Part shown: one piece after another, positions 1 through 11,453 of the stretch
How positions within the stretch are numbered: position 1 is the stretch's first letter
Layout: the number at the start of each line of letters is the position of its first letter
Sequence record: PQ471460.1
Origin: Escherichia phage vB_EcoM_JE01
Reading direction: 5' to 3' (one strand)
DNA length: 64,000 bases
Position numbers and translations under genes: made by a program
The notes under the pieces: model-generated
The model's database searches: none
What the model saw: the letters and a program-made list of their open reading frames with translations, nothing else
What the model was told of the DNA's origin: nothing

Positions 1-120
1 ATCGTTTCCATACTTAGTACTAGCTCCTAATATTTCTTCACCATTTTTAATCCATGAAATACGTTCCTGACCTTCGCCAGGAACGCTATCAACAAAAGGT
101 AACTCTTTTAATTCAATCAT
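1..120 (-). CDS. wac: fibritin (whisker) N-terminal fragment; gene continues beyond window start
   Basis: Minus-strand ATG at 118-120, 9 nt after gene 12 stop; translates MIELKELPFVDSVPGEGQERISWIKNGEEILG, the conserved T4 Wac N-terminus; truncated so absent from ORF track. Confidence 0.8.
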   Translation of the reverse strand, partial: MIELKELPFVDSVPGEGQERISWIKNGEEILGASTKYGND

Positions 121-129
121 TTGTAATCC

Positions 130-1686
130 TTAGTAATGAACTTTAATAATATAGTTTAATGATATATTCCATGGTCTAGTTTCATAACCAATTAATCCTT
201 CACGGTTTAACGTACCAAACGAATCACGAGCACCACCCATTTCAAATCCGTCGTTAGTAAAGAACAAATGGTTGTCCCAGTCGGCGCTTCTACCATTGCC
301 TAAATATCCACTGCCATTAGATGCGCCAAACGGTGCATAACCTCTGTTATTTCCATTTTCCCCCCAGGCACCAGCATGTTTATGGTATGACATTTGTTGT
401 GCCTGAACACCGCCAACATGCATTCCGTCACATCCTACACCAAGTCTATCCTTCCCATAACCATCTTGTCCGCGTTGATTTAAAATATGACTGCCTGTGC
501 CAGCTCCTCTAACAAAAAGACCTCGCATATCAGGAATACCAGGATTATTCCAATCACCACCAAATCTTGTTCCAACTGTGTTTCTATAATCAGGAAATTG
601 GGCACCTGAGACGGTTCCACCGTGGCACATAATCCAACCCGGAGGTGCTGAATCTCCCGCAAACATCATAATAGTTCCAACTGGAACCTTTTCTGACGCA
701 TATCTTTCAGTGGCAACAGGTTGATCGCCATTTTTCCACATTCCGCCGCGCGACCAAATTCCGTTTGCTGTAAGATGGTCTAAATTTAAAGAACCATTAA
801 TAGTTTGTCCACCACGAGTATTAATTACATCTGCGTTCCATGCTAATGCACCAGAGCTATCACCTTCAGGGGCAATACCGGCTTGCGTCGTTAATTTTAC
901 CACCCCACGCATAGAACCAGTAGCTCCTCGACCATTTAGTGTTTCACCTGTTACTGCAACATCTCCTAAATTACTGTTAATTTCCGATTGTGTTCCTAAA
1001 CGTATAACACCCTTATATTCTTGTGTTGCAACAGAATTCATAAAGGTATACGGAGAAATTGCATATCCTTCGCGGAGAGTTCCTTGACGAGTTTGCGCAA
1101 CAGTAGATAATTGAACTACACCTCTCACAGATTCTGATGCAGTATCTTCGGAAGGAGCTATTTGTGAAATTAATTTTATTGCAAGTTTTTGCGTTTTTAA
1201 TGGAGTCATCGCCGTAGTATCATCAACTCCAGCTAAAGCTGCAGGTGTAGATGATATTTTAATAACCCCGTTTGATGACTCAGACGAATATCTATTTTGG
1301 AACACATCGTCAGTATGGTATTTCAGTTTTTGCGGCGTTATTGATGAATTATTATCTGAGCCTTCTAATGTTTCTTCATTTGTTGAATAGCGCGTTAAAC
1401 CATACTTAGTTTCAGTAGCATTTGGATACAATAATCTTGTTGCTAATGTAGCTGGTGTAACGATTTTAGAATTATTAGTTCCATCTAAAACCTCTTGCTC
1501 TGACGCAATCATTGCTATTCCTTTAACTTCCATAGTTGCATCAGGAATACCATTTACGCCGATATTACTTATTTTTGATAATGCAGACTGCACTGTCGTG
1601 ACAGTGTCAGGAAAATTCGATCCTACTGGATCGAATTTAACATATTTTGATTCATTTGATACGTGCTGATATGTATTGTTACTCAT
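130..1686 (-). CDS. 12: short tail fibre protein gp12
   Basis: 518 aa; [13 protein letters not shown]... N-terminus and ...[15 protein letters not shown]-terminus match T4 gp12; position between 11 and wac. Confidence 0.95.
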   Translation of the reverse strand: MSNNTYQHVSNESKYVKFDPVGSNFPDTVTTVQSALSKISNIGVNGIPDATMEVKGIAMIASEQEVLDGTNNSKIVTPATLATRLLYPNATETKYGLTRYSTNEETLEGSDNNSSITPQKLKYHTDDVFQNRYSSESSNGVIKISSTPAALAGVDDTTAMTPLKTQKLAIKLISQIAPSEDTASESVRGVVQLSTVAQTRQGTLREGYAISPYTFMNSVATQEYKGVIRLGTQSEINSNLGDVAVTGETLNGRGATGSMRGVVKLTTQAGIAPEGDSSGALAWNADVINTRGGQTINGSLNLDHLTANGIWSRGGMWKNGDQPVATERYASEKVPVGTIMMFAGDSAPPGWIMCHGGTVSGAQFPDYRNTVGTRFGGDWNNPGIPDMRGLFVRGAGTGSHILNQRGQDGYGKDRLGVGCDGMHVGGVQAQQMSYHKHAGAWGENGNNRGYAPFGASNGSGYLGNGRSADWDNHLFFTNDGFEMGGARDSFGTLNREGLIGYETRPWNISLNYIIKVHY

Positions 1687-2342
1687 GCTATTCTCTCAAA
1701 ATAATAAAATACCGTAGGTTGTGTGTGACTATCTAGCGTGACAGTTTGCGCACCTAATAATTGCCAAGTTCCGTATCCAGGTTTAGAAGGAGAAATTATT
1801 TCTTGTTTGAAAGTAATTCCTTTATCAGAGTATTGTTCTAAGATATGTTCTTGGTTATCTAAATACTTAACTTGTATTTTATTTCCTATGGTAGGATGGT
1901 CTTCAAATGAATCAATTGCAATAAATTTTGCAACCATTTCCTGCAGAGCTGTTCTAACGGCACTGGTAAATTCGATTGAAGTCATTCCGTTAGTAGCTTT
2001 AACAGGAATGCCAAACATGTTAACAATAACTGGGTCACCCGGTTTGGCTGAAGTATCAGTAACAGTTCCTTCAAATGACCAATAGTCTGTTTGCTGCACG
2101 CCAGTAGGAGATACGCCGCTTATATTAACTAATACAGCTCCAACTTGTTGCTCTGCCATATTTCTAACATCATTGATAGCAGATTCTACATTTGGGTCAT
2201 AAAAACCTTTTGCTATTTGTGAAATTGTTACAGCGCCTACTGGCTGATTATTCATAACCGAAATATCATTTTTCTTAGTTCTAAAACCAAGAAAATCTGC
2301 TAAGCGGGAAATAACTCCCGCTTTATTATTAAGTAAACTCAT
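1683..2342 (-). CDS. 11: baseplate wedge protein gp11
   Basis: Track ORF 1683-2360 starts at TTG; true start taken at internal Met [20 protein letters not shown] (T4 gp11 N-terminus); ATGA overlap with gene 12 start. Confidence 0.9.
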   Translation of the reverse strand: MSLLNNKAGVISRLADFLGFRTKKNDISVMNNQPVGAVTISQIAKGFYDPNVESAINDVRNMAEQQVGAVLVNISGVSPTGVQQTDYWSFEGTVTDTSAKPGDPVIVNMFGIPVKATNGMTSIEFTSAVRTALQEMVAKFIAIDSFEDHPTIGNKIQVKYLDNQEHILEQYSDKGITFKQEIISPSKPGYGTWQLLGAQTVTLDSHTQPTVFYYFERIA

Positions 2343-4147
2343 TATGCAATCCTTATCCAACGGTATACAGTAATAGACGGTTGAATATTACTAATATTAG
2401 CAGGAGGAGTATGTGAAGAGTTTGTTGTTGCGTAATCTTCACGGTATTTTGTATATATAGGACCAGTTTCATCTGGGTCATATTGGCAACCTCCAATAAT
2501 AACTGATCCGTTTTCATCTTCAATTAAAACTCTTTCATCGGTTTTAGTCGCAGGAAGATTTGCGTTTTCAAGCGTTACTGATGTTGTTCCAACTGTTCCA
2601 CCGGCAGTATGTGAAGGATTTCCGCTAGAATCTAAATCATTATTGTTTAAAGCAAAGTTTGGATCCGTGACATCATCATTCCATCCTACTAAAACTTGTC
2701 CTTTACCAAATAATTTCCATGAACCAAATCCCATATAAGTCACCGGATTATTTGGATTTATAGCATTTTCATAAATTGAACCAACAGGATAAATGCTGTC
2801 GAAAATAGATGATATTGAATTATACATTCTAGTATAAGAATCAACTTTTTCAACATTTGGCCAACCGATTTTATCAAAATCTGTTAAGGCTACATCACCA
2901 GTAACTTCGGTAGATGATCCTTTGCTAACATAACGGTCATCCGTTAATTCAATAATGTCATCTTTTTCTAAAAGAGTTCCTAAATCATTATTGAACCACG
3001 TTATAACGATTATATCACCTGATTCAAATTTTCTATCAAATAAAAGACTGATAGGTTTTCCGTCTTCATATTCTATAGAATAATCGGTGTTTGATTCTTT
3101 CCATTCGCCACCAAGAGATATACATCCTTCTTGCGTATCTGAATTAGCGCCTTCACACAAAAACAGAGGATATCCAGCTGTTCCAGCCTGCTGCTGTAAA
3201 ATTCCATTAAAACGAACCTCAAGAGAGTTAGGATTAATGGGTTCACCAGGAATTAATCCAAATGCAGAAAATGGAATTGATTTCATCGCCGATAAATCAG
3301 TAACATAAATGCTTCCTTCTAAAGAAGTCTTTGATGTTAGTTTTGAATCCAGTACTTTTATTTGGCGTCTTGTATATGAACTTCTCCATTGTGATACACC
3401 ATCCATAAATGTTTCAATTTGAACGGTGTCACCAATATTACAAGGCTGTCTTAATCGAATATTAAATCCATCAAGAGGAACTAATTCGCCTTCATTTTCG
3501 CCCGGAGAGCCAAAGTCACTGTTTTCGCTAAATACATCGCCGTAATACAATTCGTTACCACGATGTTTTACTCTGATGTTATTGACATTATAACTAGTTC
3601 CATTGAAAACATCTAAAAAGTCAGTTTGTCCTTGAACTTCAACTAAAAATTCTTTGCGAGCTACATTACTAATGTCTGAACTAACAATTTTGTCAATTTG
3701 TTTGTTTTTGACATATTCCCAACGTCCTGGAGCGCAATAAACGAGCTCTAAATCACTAAATTGAATATTAATTTCAACTGACGATGACGACCCTTTAATT
3801 GTATCTCCGGAAGCAGCTACTAAAGTAACTGGATTGATGTTCCATGTAGCGAATACGTCTCTAGCTCTAATTACCTTGTTGTAATCATTAACAGTTCCTT
3901 TAGGAAGTTGTAGAGTTACTCTTCCAGACGAAGTATTAATGGCATATGATTTTCCCCATTCTGCCGTTAGTGTTTGTCCAGATGAAGCATCATAAGTTTT
4001 CCAGGCACCGGCTGAATATGGAACATCTCCATCACCAAGTTCATAATAAAGTTCATCAAAGTTTTCATTTATTTTTATACCACCTTTACGCAGGTAGTCA
4101 CCGGTACCATCATCAACAACATTACCGATATTAATATTTTGTTTCAT
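2342..4147 (-). CDS. 10: baseplate wedge protein gp10
   Basis: 601 aa; [23 protein letters not shown]... matches T4 gp10; gene order 9-10-11. Confidence 0.9.
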   Translation of the reverse strand: MKQNINIGNVVDDGTGDYLRKGGIKINENFDELYYELGDGDVPYSAGAWKTYDASSGQTLTAEWGKSYAINTSSGRVTLQLPKGTVNDYNKVIRARDVFATWNINPVTLVAASGDTIKGSSSSVEINIQFSDLELVYCAPGRWEYVKNKQIDKIVSSDISNVARKEFLVEVQGQTDFLDVFNGTSYNVNNIRVKHRGNELYYGDVFSENSDFGSPGENEGELVPLDGFNIRLRQPCNIGDTVQIETFMDGVSQWRSSYTRRQIKVLDSKLTSKTSLEGSIYVTDLSAMKSIPFSAFGLIPGEPINPNSLEVRFNGILQQQAGTAGYPLFLCEGANSDTQEGCISLGGEWKESNTDYSIEYEDGKPISLLFDRKFESGDIIVITWFNNDLGTLLEKDDIIELTDDRYVSKGSSTEVTGDVALTDFDKIGWPNVEKVDSYTRMYNSISSIFDSIYPVGSIYENAINPNNPVTYMGFGSWKLFGKGQVLVGWNDDVTDPNFALNNNDLDSSGNPSHTAGGTVGTTSVTLENANLPATKTDERVLIEDENGSVIIGGCQYDPDETGPIYTKYREDYATTNSSHTPPANISNIQPSITVYRWIRIA

Positions 4148-5013
4148 TATTGAGCCACCCCGATTTTCTGCGTAGCGATAACTTTAACTGCTGCTCTCAT
4201 ACCGACAGTTGAAGAACTTATAGTCGCCGTTACATAATTTTCTTTAATACTAAATGCAATATTAGCGATTTCGTCTTCTTCGGTTTCATTCCCAACTCGC
4301 ATGACAGCATATTCAGAAGAAATGACCGCTGAATTAACAGTATCTACAAGAATATTTATTTCTGCCGTTTTAATTTTTCTTCCATCTACCGATTGACAAG
4401 TAACTAGCAATTTAGCCATGTTATATTCAGTACGATGAAATAATGGAATGTCAACTGACCCAGATGTAGAAATATTCCATGTACCTTCGACCGGTGATTC
4501 CTTTTGGCCAAACATACTTTCAATAGAATAATTCCAAACTGACGTAGAATTATCAGATGAAATACAACGTAAAGTAACTTTACTATATGGGCTAGTTACT
4601 ACCAAATTACCAGAAACACCTTTAATTGAATCAATGGCTTGAATTGTTAAAGGATTAGTAACTGATATCGATCCGTTAGAATTAATGAATTCAACACAGT
4701 CACCGAGTTCTCCTCTTTCAATGATAACTTTAACACCAACAGTAGAGGTATCAATATCATGCCTAGTACCAACTTTCACTGGAGTTGCGTACTCTGTGAT
4801 AGAATGCTTTTGATAATATCCAGTAGCATGGATAATTTGGCCGTCAGCACCAGTACCATTTGCTACTGCCATTTTACGCTGATCGCCAAACGCGTTATAA
4901 ATTGCATTAAAATCACTATTAATTTTATTACCACCGTCGAATAAGATATCACCAGTAGAAGCGTTACCAATTTCGCCGGTATCAATCAATTTCTTTGGTT
5001 CTTGAATGAACAT
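4147..5013 (-). CDS. 9: baseplate wedge / long tail fibre socket protein gp9
   Basis: 288 aa, same length as T4 gp9; MFIQEPKKLIDTGEIGNASTGDILFDGG... Confidence 0.9.
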   Translation of the reverse strand: MFIQEPKKLIDTGEIGNASTGDILFDGGNKINSDFNAIYNAFGDQRKMAVANGTGADGQIIHATGYYQKHSITEYATPVKVGTRHDIDTSTVGVKVIIERGELGDCVEFINSNGSISVTNPLTIQAIDSIKGVSGNLVVTSPYSKVTLRCISSDNSTSVWNYSIESMFGQKESPVEGTWNISTSGSVDIPLFHRTEYNMAKLLVTCQSVDGRKIKTAEINILVDTVNSAVISSEYAVMRVGNETEEDEIANIAFSIKENYVTATISSSTVGMRAAVKVIATQKIGVAQ

Positions 5014-5037
5014 AGCGGTTTCCTTATGAGTTTATAG

Positions 5038-5045
5038 TATTTATA
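5038..5045 (-). promoter_or_regulatory. late promoter TATAAATA (minus strand) for gene 9
   Basis: Plus-strand TATTTATA = minus-strand TATAAATA, about 25 nt upstream of gene 9 ATG. Confidence 0.6.
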
Positions 5046-5072
5046 AAGAAAAAGGGAGCCCATGGGCTCCCT
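5041..5072 (-). terminator. intrinsic terminator between genes 8 and 9 (perfect 18-nt palindrome GGGAGCCCATGGGCTCCC plus U-run)
   Basis: Self-complementary 5054-5072 followed on the minus strand by TTTTTCTTT. Confidence 0.6.
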
Positions 5073-5076
5073 TAAT

Positions 5077-6081
5077 TTAAAATGTAAACAGAATATTGAT
5101 TTCTTCTGTTTGATCCATTGCCATAATAATAGGTGGCCTATTTTCCATATAAATCATTTCGCCCGAATGCCTCATTAAATCTTCCGGATCATAGTAATCC
5201 TTTTCAGCTTTAACGTTTGGGTCATTTGGATGAACTTTAGCTTCAAGAGGATTCGTGATTATCGATATTTGTCTAAATCCTTTATTTCCTGGCAATGCAG
5301 CTTCAGGAAAATAAACTGAATCTAAGTATGCTTTAAAACGAATAGTATTTGCCTTAACCCGGTAAATTAATCCAAAATCATCTTGCTGCCAAGTGAGGTT
5401 ATCTTCATACCCCCATCTAGTCGGGTCTTCTTTTAATTCCTCGGGCCAAGGAACCACGATATATTCATTCGTGCATCTGTTTATAGATACATCAGGCGGA
5501 ATCTCAAAAAGATATTCCCATACATACCCGTCTCCAGGTTCGATTGTTCCTTCCGCGTCTCCTCGACCTTCAGGAGGAGTCATTGACCTAACAGAAGGAG
5601 TCCATTTTCCACCTAGCTTAAGGCATTCATCCTTATTAGTTAAAGACTCAATTGAGCACATTCCAGTATCAGGAACATCTAAACAACGATATACTAACCA
5701 GCCTGCGCCTGATTCGGTAGCGTTGTAAGGAGCTGAGTTACACACTACAATATCGTTAATTCTAAATGTGTATGGATCCGGATATCTAGTATCTCCCCAA
5801 TCTCGACGAGGAATAACTGCATCAAGCATAGATGGAAGAACCTTCACGGTTCCCATCATATGAGTCCACATGTCAGTTACACCTAACACAGAATCGGTTG
5901 GATAAGGTGGGGCAAATCCCACCTCATTTTCGTTTGATGACCACGGTTCTGATCTTCCAAATGTAATAAAGATAGTGTTTTTATCCGGACCACTTCCAAT
6001 TGAATTATAAAAATTCAACATTTTTTCTGTTCTAAATTTTGAAGTAACTATCGCACGATAGATAACACTTGAATCATTCAT
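5077..6081 (-). CDS. 8: baseplate wedge protein gp8
   Basis: 334 aa, T4 gp8 length and position; MNDSSVIYRAIVTSKFRTEKMLNFYNSIG... Confidence 0.85.
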   Translation of the reverse strand: MNDSSVIYRAIVTSKFRTEKMLNFYNSIGSGPDKNTIFITFGRSEPWSSNENEVGFAPPYPTDSVLGVTDMWTHMMGTVKVLPSMLDAVIPRRDWGDTRYPDPYTFRINDIVVCNSAPYNATESGAGWLVYRCLDVPDTGMCSIESLTNKDECLKLGGKWTPSVRSMTPPEGRGDAEGTIEPGDGYVWEYLFEIPPDVSINRCTNEYIVVPWPEELKEDPTRWGYEDNLTWQQDDFGLIYRVKANTIRFKAYLDSVYFPEAALPGNKGFRQISIITNPLEAKVHPNDPNVKAEKDYYDPEDLMRHSGEMIYMENRPPIIMAMDQTEEINILFTF

Positions 6082-9000
6082 CTATTTTAACCTGTGTTGG
6101 ATTTTCAGGGTCTCTTGGATTTCCTATATTATCTTTTAGACGTTTATTAACTAAATCCCTAAATTGCGCAAATGTTGTTCCAGATGCATCAAATAGAGGA
6201 CTCATTAATTTACGTCGTTCAGATGGCAATTGACCTTGAAATATTGAATTATTATTTTCAGCATTATAGTCATCAGGAAGAGGATATTCTACACCAGCCA
6301 TTGGGCCAGGTTCATAAATTGCTTCGCCTGTTACTGAGTCATGCTCAATTTCACCGGTTGGAGTTAATTTAGCTACTCTATCAGCATATTCAGTAGGCAA
6401 TCCAGAATCCCATTTATAGTTTTTGTATTTATTAATTATAGTCTCTGTATGTTTAAGAGTTAAACCGACATTAATAAACATTGTTAAAAGGGTAATTGCT
6501 ATAAATCCAAATCCTACTGGATGAACAAAACGAATAACGTCAGATTTCCAGCGGGAAGAAGGTAAATTGGATTTAATTTTCATTACATAATATGATCTAC
6601 TTCTATTAATATAGTCTATATTATTTTGAAGCAAATCCTTTCCTTTAACCCCGCGAATAATTTCGCCTTCGAAACTAGGGAGTCTTTCTGCTTTAACTTC
6701 TTGACCGGCAATTAATCTTCCCAAAAGATTATGAATAGTTACGGTCCATTGCAATTTGCCATTGGAATAGCTTCTTTCTATATAAGTAACATTACATCTT
6801 CCTGTAGCAGTATAAATCGTTTGTCCTACTAAATCTTCAGTCAAAGAATCAGATTGAACGATTATATCATATTCAGTACCAGCCCCAGATTCAATTTCAA
6901 TTTCAACTTCTTCATTATAAAGAACTTTAAAAAGAAATTTGTATGATGCTTCAATTCCTTTAGTAGAATAAAAATCATAGCTACGTGATTCAAAAAATCT
7001 TGCAACAGCATCACGTTTGTCAGCATTTAAATAAATGTTTCTTTTATATATCTCTGACCACAAATATTCCCACGCATGCTCTTCTCGCGGATATTGGTTA
7101 CGAATTAAATTTCGTAAATTATTATACTGAGTTCCATATCCATCAGAAAGATACTGAATATATGCTTCGCAGAATGCCTCAAAATTAGAATCCTGTAGCA
7201 AATAAGAATCAGGCATCATTGTGCCAATCAATGGTCTTAAATCAGGATCAGCTAATCCATGCTCTTCTTCCGGGGACCAAGGAGTTTCACGCTCTTGGTT
7301 TTGTAAAAATGCTTTTAAAAATATTCCAGTTGGCTTCCAAATTATTTCAACCGTGTCTCTCACTCGATAGTTAAAATCATAGTAAGAAATTATTTCACCA
7401 GAAGATTTATAAAAAAGCATCCCAGACGCATATTTTTTAAATCCAGCGAATTTAACATTTGGCATTACTATCGTACAATCACCATCATCCCAGTATTCAT
7501 GAACTAATCTATCTGGCGATGTTTCCGGAATATTTTCTATAACTTTAGTGTATTTTAAATCAGCATAAACTACTACAGCTCTGTCAGAGTTGTTTATCCA
7601 ACAGCGTGTGTTAGATTTTTTAGACCAGTTAAAGAATGGTTCTGCATAGTATTTCATCGGCTGAGGTGTAAAAGTTTCCCAATCAGATTTTTCATCTGCT
7701 ATAAATGCCATCATATGATAATGCTTATCAGCTAGCCATTCACGAGGAAATTCATATTTAACAGCACCGATTAACTGATATTTCGCTGCAGTTTCAGGGT
7801 CATTAACAATGTTATCACTTAAAAATTTAAAATTACTCGAAGATAGAGAAACTAATTTACCGTCAGTTGACATATTCGCATATCCAGGTTGAATACGTCT
7901 TCTTTCTTCTTCAGTGTTGCCAAAAACTCTTTTCCATGTTTTCGTGACATGATTTAAAACATATATTCCTTTATCGGCAGAATCAATTATTTTTGATGTT
8001 CTAGGATTAGCATTTAATGTTTCAACTTCTCCGATAATAAGAGCAAAAACTTTATCACCAATAGAATCCATTTTATAACATACTGCTTTAGGATTTCCGG
8101 TTATAGTCATCGTATCAGGTTCAAATAGCCGTTCCGAATATGTTGGAGATAATGGGTCAGAATCTATAGGTGCATTACTCGTTTTTATGTATCTAACTTT
8201 GTCTCTGGCGACAACGTAAATGTAATCATCGGTGCAAGTAATAGCTTCTGCAATGCGGTATACATTAGCTGGCAAAGTCGCGTAAGTGGCAAAAATTTCT
8301 ACATCAAATCCTAGATGTAATTGGTCGCCAAGTTTAGCAAATGTTATATCCTGCGAACTAAATCTGACATCATCAGCTGACCATCTAACATCAGTAGATT
8401 TGCGGCCATAGAAAATCTTGTCGTATCCTAGAACGTATGTTGTGTTTGCAGATTGGTAATATACAGTCTTAGATAAAGGATATCCTACACGGTCATTGAA
8501 GAGCTTTACAGCTTTCCAGGTTTGTCCTTTATCATTAGATACTTTAACTACAGGTTGATAACGCTCAAAAAGATATAGAATCCCTTCTGATTCCATCAAA
8601 TAAACTCGGTTAATATCCTTACATACTTGCTGAATAGAACCTTGTATTTCATGATACTCATTTTCACCAATAATAAAATTACTTATTGATGAAACATCAA
8701 CATATGATGGGCTGAATTGAAACGATTCATTCATCAATGCAGCCATTATAGTGTCATTGTTAAAATTGACATAGTCAGAATTATTAAGAGTAAATTTTTC
8801 CTGAATGAATTTATTAGCTAATTGCATTTCAATCATGTTTTGAAATGTATAAGCGTTTGTAGCAAAAGTTTCAAACTCTTCAGTATAAATCCAATCAGAC
8901 TGCTCAAAATCCTGCGCAGCTGTAGCTACTCTAATAATGTACGATGTCAATGGATTAGCATTATCAAAAAAGAAGCTGTTATTTGCAGTATATCCTAAGT

Positions 9001-9172
9001 TAATCCATCTGTATTGATTGATCGGGAGATTTTCTCCCGAGTTCGTTTTTGTCTCAGCGATTTCTACAAAATAGTAGAAATTAGCACCAACGTCATCCCA
9101 GCGTACTTGCACCTGATTTGCGGATAACTTGGAAATTCTGAGACTAGTGACTGAAGGTGCTTTTACTGTCAT
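6074..9172 (-). CDS. 7: baseplate wedge initiator gp7
   Basis: 1032 aa, T4 gp7 length; flanked by 6 and 8. Confidence 0.85.
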   Translation of the reverse strand: MTVKAPSVTSLRISKLSANQVQVRWDDVGANFYYFVEIAETKTNSGENLPINQYRWINLGYTANNSFFFDNANPLTSYIIRVATAAQDFEQSDWIYTEEFETFATNAYTFQNMIEMQLANKFIQEKFTLNNSDYVNFNNDTIMAALMNESFQFSPSYVDVSSISNFIIGENEYHEIQGSIQQVCKDINRVYLMESEGILYLFERYQPVVKVSNDKGQTWKAVKLFNDRVGYPLSKTVYYQSANTTYVLGYDKIFYGRKSTDVRWSADDVRFSSQDITFAKLGDQLHLGFDVEIFATYATLPANVYRIAEAITCTDDYIYVVARDKVRYIKTSNAPIDSDPLSPTYSERLFEPDTMTITGNPKAVCYKMDSIGDKVFALIIGEVETLNANPRTSKIIDSADKGIYVLNHVTKTWKRVFGNTEEERRRIQPGYANMSTDGKLVSLSSSNFKFLSDNIVNDPETAAKYQLIGAVKYEFPREWLADKHYHMMAFIADEKSDWETFTPQPMKYYAEPFFNWSKKSNTRCWINNSDRAVVVYADLKYTKVIENIPETSPDRLVHEYWDDGDCTIVMPNVKFAGFKKYASGMLFYKSSGEIISYYDFNYRVRDTVEIIWKPTGIFLKAFLQNQERETPWSPEEEHGLADPDLRPLIGTMMPDSYLLQDSNFEAFCEAYIQYLSDGYGTQYNNLRNLIRNQYPREEHAWEYLWSEIYKRNIYLNADKRDAVARFFESRSYDFYSTKGIEASYKFLFKVLYNEEVEIEIESGAGTEYDIIVQSDSLTEDLVGQTIYTATGRCNVTYIERSYSNGKLQWTVTIHNLLGRLIAGQEVKAERLPSFEGEIIRGVKGKDLLQNNIDYINRSRSYYVMKIKSNLPSSRWKSDVIRFVHPVGFGFIAITLLTMFINVGLTLKHTETIINKYKNYKWDSGLPTEYADRVAKLTPTGEIEHDSVTGEAIYEPGPMAGVEYPLPDDYNAENNNSIFQGQLPSERRKLMSPLFDASGTTFAQFRDLVNKRLKDNIGNPRDPENPTQVKIDE

Positions 9173-11151
9173 TGTGATATAGGCTCCAAATCGATAGTTA
9201 AGTATTGTGGACGTAAATCATTTTCAAATACAATCAGTGAACCATCGCGTGTGAAAATAACATCGTCTATTGGATCAGAATATAGCTCAATAGTCTGAAC
9301 CTCAAATTTATCGGATGTTAAATTAATTTTAGCGATATTCCAATAAATCATGTCAGCTGGATAATTTATTTCACCGATAACGTAGTATTTGTCGCGTCCA
9401 TCGGAACTTGCTAATTTATTAAAATCATTACCTGTATATGGCTGAATGTTTTCATTTTCTGTAACATCACCCGAAGCAAATGGACCAATAATAACTTTAC
9501 CAATTCCTTTAGAATCTCGGTCTGTTGATACTATACGAACGTCATATAATACATCTTCTTCTAAGCCAGTATCAGGATTTACAACCTTTCGTCCGGAATT
9601 AAATGAAAACGTATTAGATTCCATAGAACGATCTTTTATTTGATTATTGTATTTAATACCTGCTTCAGGCGTTTTATAGAAGTTTTGTACTTCACGAACC
9701 ATTTGAATTGTCGCCGATGAGCCAATAATAGAATGATCTGCATCATCTACATATGTCAACATCTTAGATTTAGCGAAAGATGAGTTAAAAATTTCTACAT
9801 CTTCGGTATAATAACGATCAATTTTATCAATTATTTGACCTTCTAGCCACTGTTCTGATTCTTGCAGCTTATTTAAAGCATATGTGACTTTTAAATTAGT
9901 CTTAACAAAAAGATAATTAGGAGAAATAATTGATGGTGTAATAGGAGCTAAATTATAATCTTTGAGATAATTTTTAATATCTTCACGTTGTACAGTAGTT
10001 AAATATAGTCCTGATTTAGGTTTAGCAGCAATAAATGCATAACCAGGCTTAGTAGAATCAGTGAAAGTCTGAACTGCTTGAATAATAGAACCAAATCTCT
10101 CTGAAACGAATGTATCATAGTCAGTCGCAGTTACGCAGCGTTGCTGGGTTTCACGTTTAATAGTACCCAATTCGCGAATACGCTCAATATCTTCTGGATC
10201 ACCGCCGCCATCTGCCCCAACAAAATCTGGGTCATCGTTTGGGTTTTCATTAATATTGATGACAGTTATATTTGTTAATGTATCTGCGTATGAAAATCCG
10301 ACTGCACCGTTCGCATCTGCACCGTTAGTACTGATGTACTCAATAACAATCGTAGAGTTCTGAGTAGGTTTAAGACCTCCAATATAATTAGCAGTCAATG
10401 CTCCTTCTGCCGCATTAACGGAAATCTCACCTTCACCAAAATAAAATTCAGTATTTCCATCAATAGTTTCACGCATGTAGTAAATTGTTGATGTAGAACC
10501 AGCATGAACCATTGACTTTCTTGTCCAGTTAATCCATTCTGCTCCATCAACGTATAGTTTAACTTGGTTTCTATCTATATTTTTGTCATAAATGATAATA
10601 GGTGTTAATTTATCATAAATGATTTCAGTTCTTACTATACGTCCTTGGGCCAATTTTAAACGTGGAAAATACTGGTTATTTTTATCACGAATAGCAATAA
10701 CATCTTCGGTAGAGACAAAGTTATAAGGATTAACAGAAGTATCTTTTGCATATGCTAAAAAGCGAGTACCACGAGGAATAGTAATGTAATTTCTATTCAA
10801 TGCATCTGTACAAGTTAGCATAATTTCAGTTTGAGCAGCTGATTTTGAAGTAGGTAAATATCCATTATCTTGTGCCGCTTGAACTACTGAACTACGTAAG
10901 TTAGCAGTACGCATAAAGCTTTCATATACAGCAGCATTACCAAACTGCTGAATGTATAATGTATTATAAGCTAAAAGGTCACACAGAACGTTTAATCTTG
11001 AGCCTTCAAAATCATAATCCAAAAATTCATTTTGACCATTAAGCCATTCAATGAGGTTTTGTTTTATTTCAGCAAATGTACCCCCGACGAATATCTCGGG
11101 AATAGCATTTGCTGTTCTTGTTAATTGATAATTTACAGGGGTATTTGCCAT
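9169..11151 (-). CDS. 6: baseplate wedge protein gp6
   Basis: 660 aa, T4 gp6 length; ATGA overlap with gene 7. Confidence 0.85.
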   Translation of the reverse strand: MANTPVNYQLTRTANAIPEIFVGGTFAEIKQNLIEWLNGQNEFLDYDFEGSRLNVLCDLLAYNTLYIQQFGNAAVYESFMRTANLRSSVVQAAQDNGYLPTSKSAAQTEIMLTCTDALNRNYITIPRGTRFLAYAKDTSVNPYNFVSTEDVIAIRDKNNQYFPRLKLAQGRIVRTEIIYDKLTPIIIYDKNIDRNQVKLYVDGAEWINWTRKSMVHAGSTSTIYYMRETIDGNTEFYFGEGEISVNAAEGALTANYIGGLKPTQNSTIVIEYISTNGADANGAVGFSYADTLTNITVININENPNDDPDFVGADGGGDPEDIERIRELGTIKRETQQRCVTATDYDTFVSERFGSIIQAVQTFTDSTKPGYAFIAAKPKSGLYLTTVQREDIKNYLKDYNLAPITPSIISPNYLFVKTNLKVTYALNKLQESEQWLEGQIIDKIDRYYTEDVEIFNSSFAKSKMLTYVDDADHSIIGSSATIQMVREVQNFYKTPEAGIKYNNQIKDRSMESNTFSFNSGRKVVNPDTGLEEDVLYDVRIVSTDRDSKGIGKVIIGPFASGDVTENENIQPYTGNDFNKLASSDGRDKYYVIGEINYPADMIYWNIAKINLTSDKFEVQTIELYSDPIDDVIFTRDGSLIVFENDLRPQYLTIDLEPISQ

Positions 11152-11159
11152 TTTGAATC

Positions 11160-11453
11160 CTATTTAATGAATACTTTAGATGATGCCTGAGCCACAGTAT
11201 CACCGCATGATATTGAATCAGCCATTTGAACAGCTTTCTTTCCAGTGACATATACCTTAGAAGTTCTAGGTTGTGTCACTCCGCCATGTGTTTCATATGG
11301 CTTTTTAATTTCTGTATGTTCTGTAATTGGATCACCTGCTACGAGAACAGCAATTCCTCCAGTGAATACTTTACTTTGTGTAGCATTCACAACTGTTGGA
11401 GGCCATGCTTCATGGCCAGCAGTAACACACTTATCATAACTTAATCCTGACAT
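11160..11453 (-). CDS. 5.4: PAAR-repeat tail spike tip protein gp5.4
   Basis: 97 aa; [36 protein letters not shown]... PAAR-like; between 5 and 6. Confidence 0.8.
   Translation of the reverse strand: MSGLSYDKCVTAGHEAWPPTVVNATQSKVFTGGIAVLVAGDPITEHTEIKKPYETHGGVTQPRTSKVYVTGKKAVQMADSISCGDTVAQASSKVFIK

Noticed and set aside
2337-2345. One-base disagreement between my reading of the printed sequence and the ORF track at the gene 10/11 junction
   Set aside because: My manual reading gives an extra C here, which would break the gp11 start and gp10 stop. Track coordinates agree with the sequence at every other junction checked (4147, 14331, 14783, 16373, 34310), so I treat this as my own miscount, not a frameshift or pseudogene.
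2342-2360. N-terminal extensions in the ORF track that begin at TTG or GTG (for example gp11 to 2360, gp3 from 16292, HNH from 15592, gp44 from 60465, gp55 from 52305)
   Set aside because: The track takes the longest ORF from any ATG/GTG/TTG. In these cases an ATG with a Shine-Dalgarno sequence, matching the known T4 protein N-terminus, lies downstream, so the shorter start was used.
321-4134. Short ORFs (60-115 aa) antisense to or out of frame with genes 12, 11 and 10 (321-512, 480-662, 1738-2085, 3087-3308, 3946-4134)
   Set aside because: Fully embedded in long conserved structural genes, no ribosome-binding sites, no recognisable domains; typical spurious ORFs. The same applies to similar embedded ORFs throughout the window (for example 6172-6372, 9446-9643, 12383-12583, 47628-48830, 56876-58244).
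11069-11444. ORFs 11069-11251 (-), 11226-11444 (+) and 11245-11439 (+) overlapping gene 5.4
   Set aside because: They overlap the PAAR protein gene in other frames or on the other strand; the gp5.4 frame is the one with a recognisable protein.
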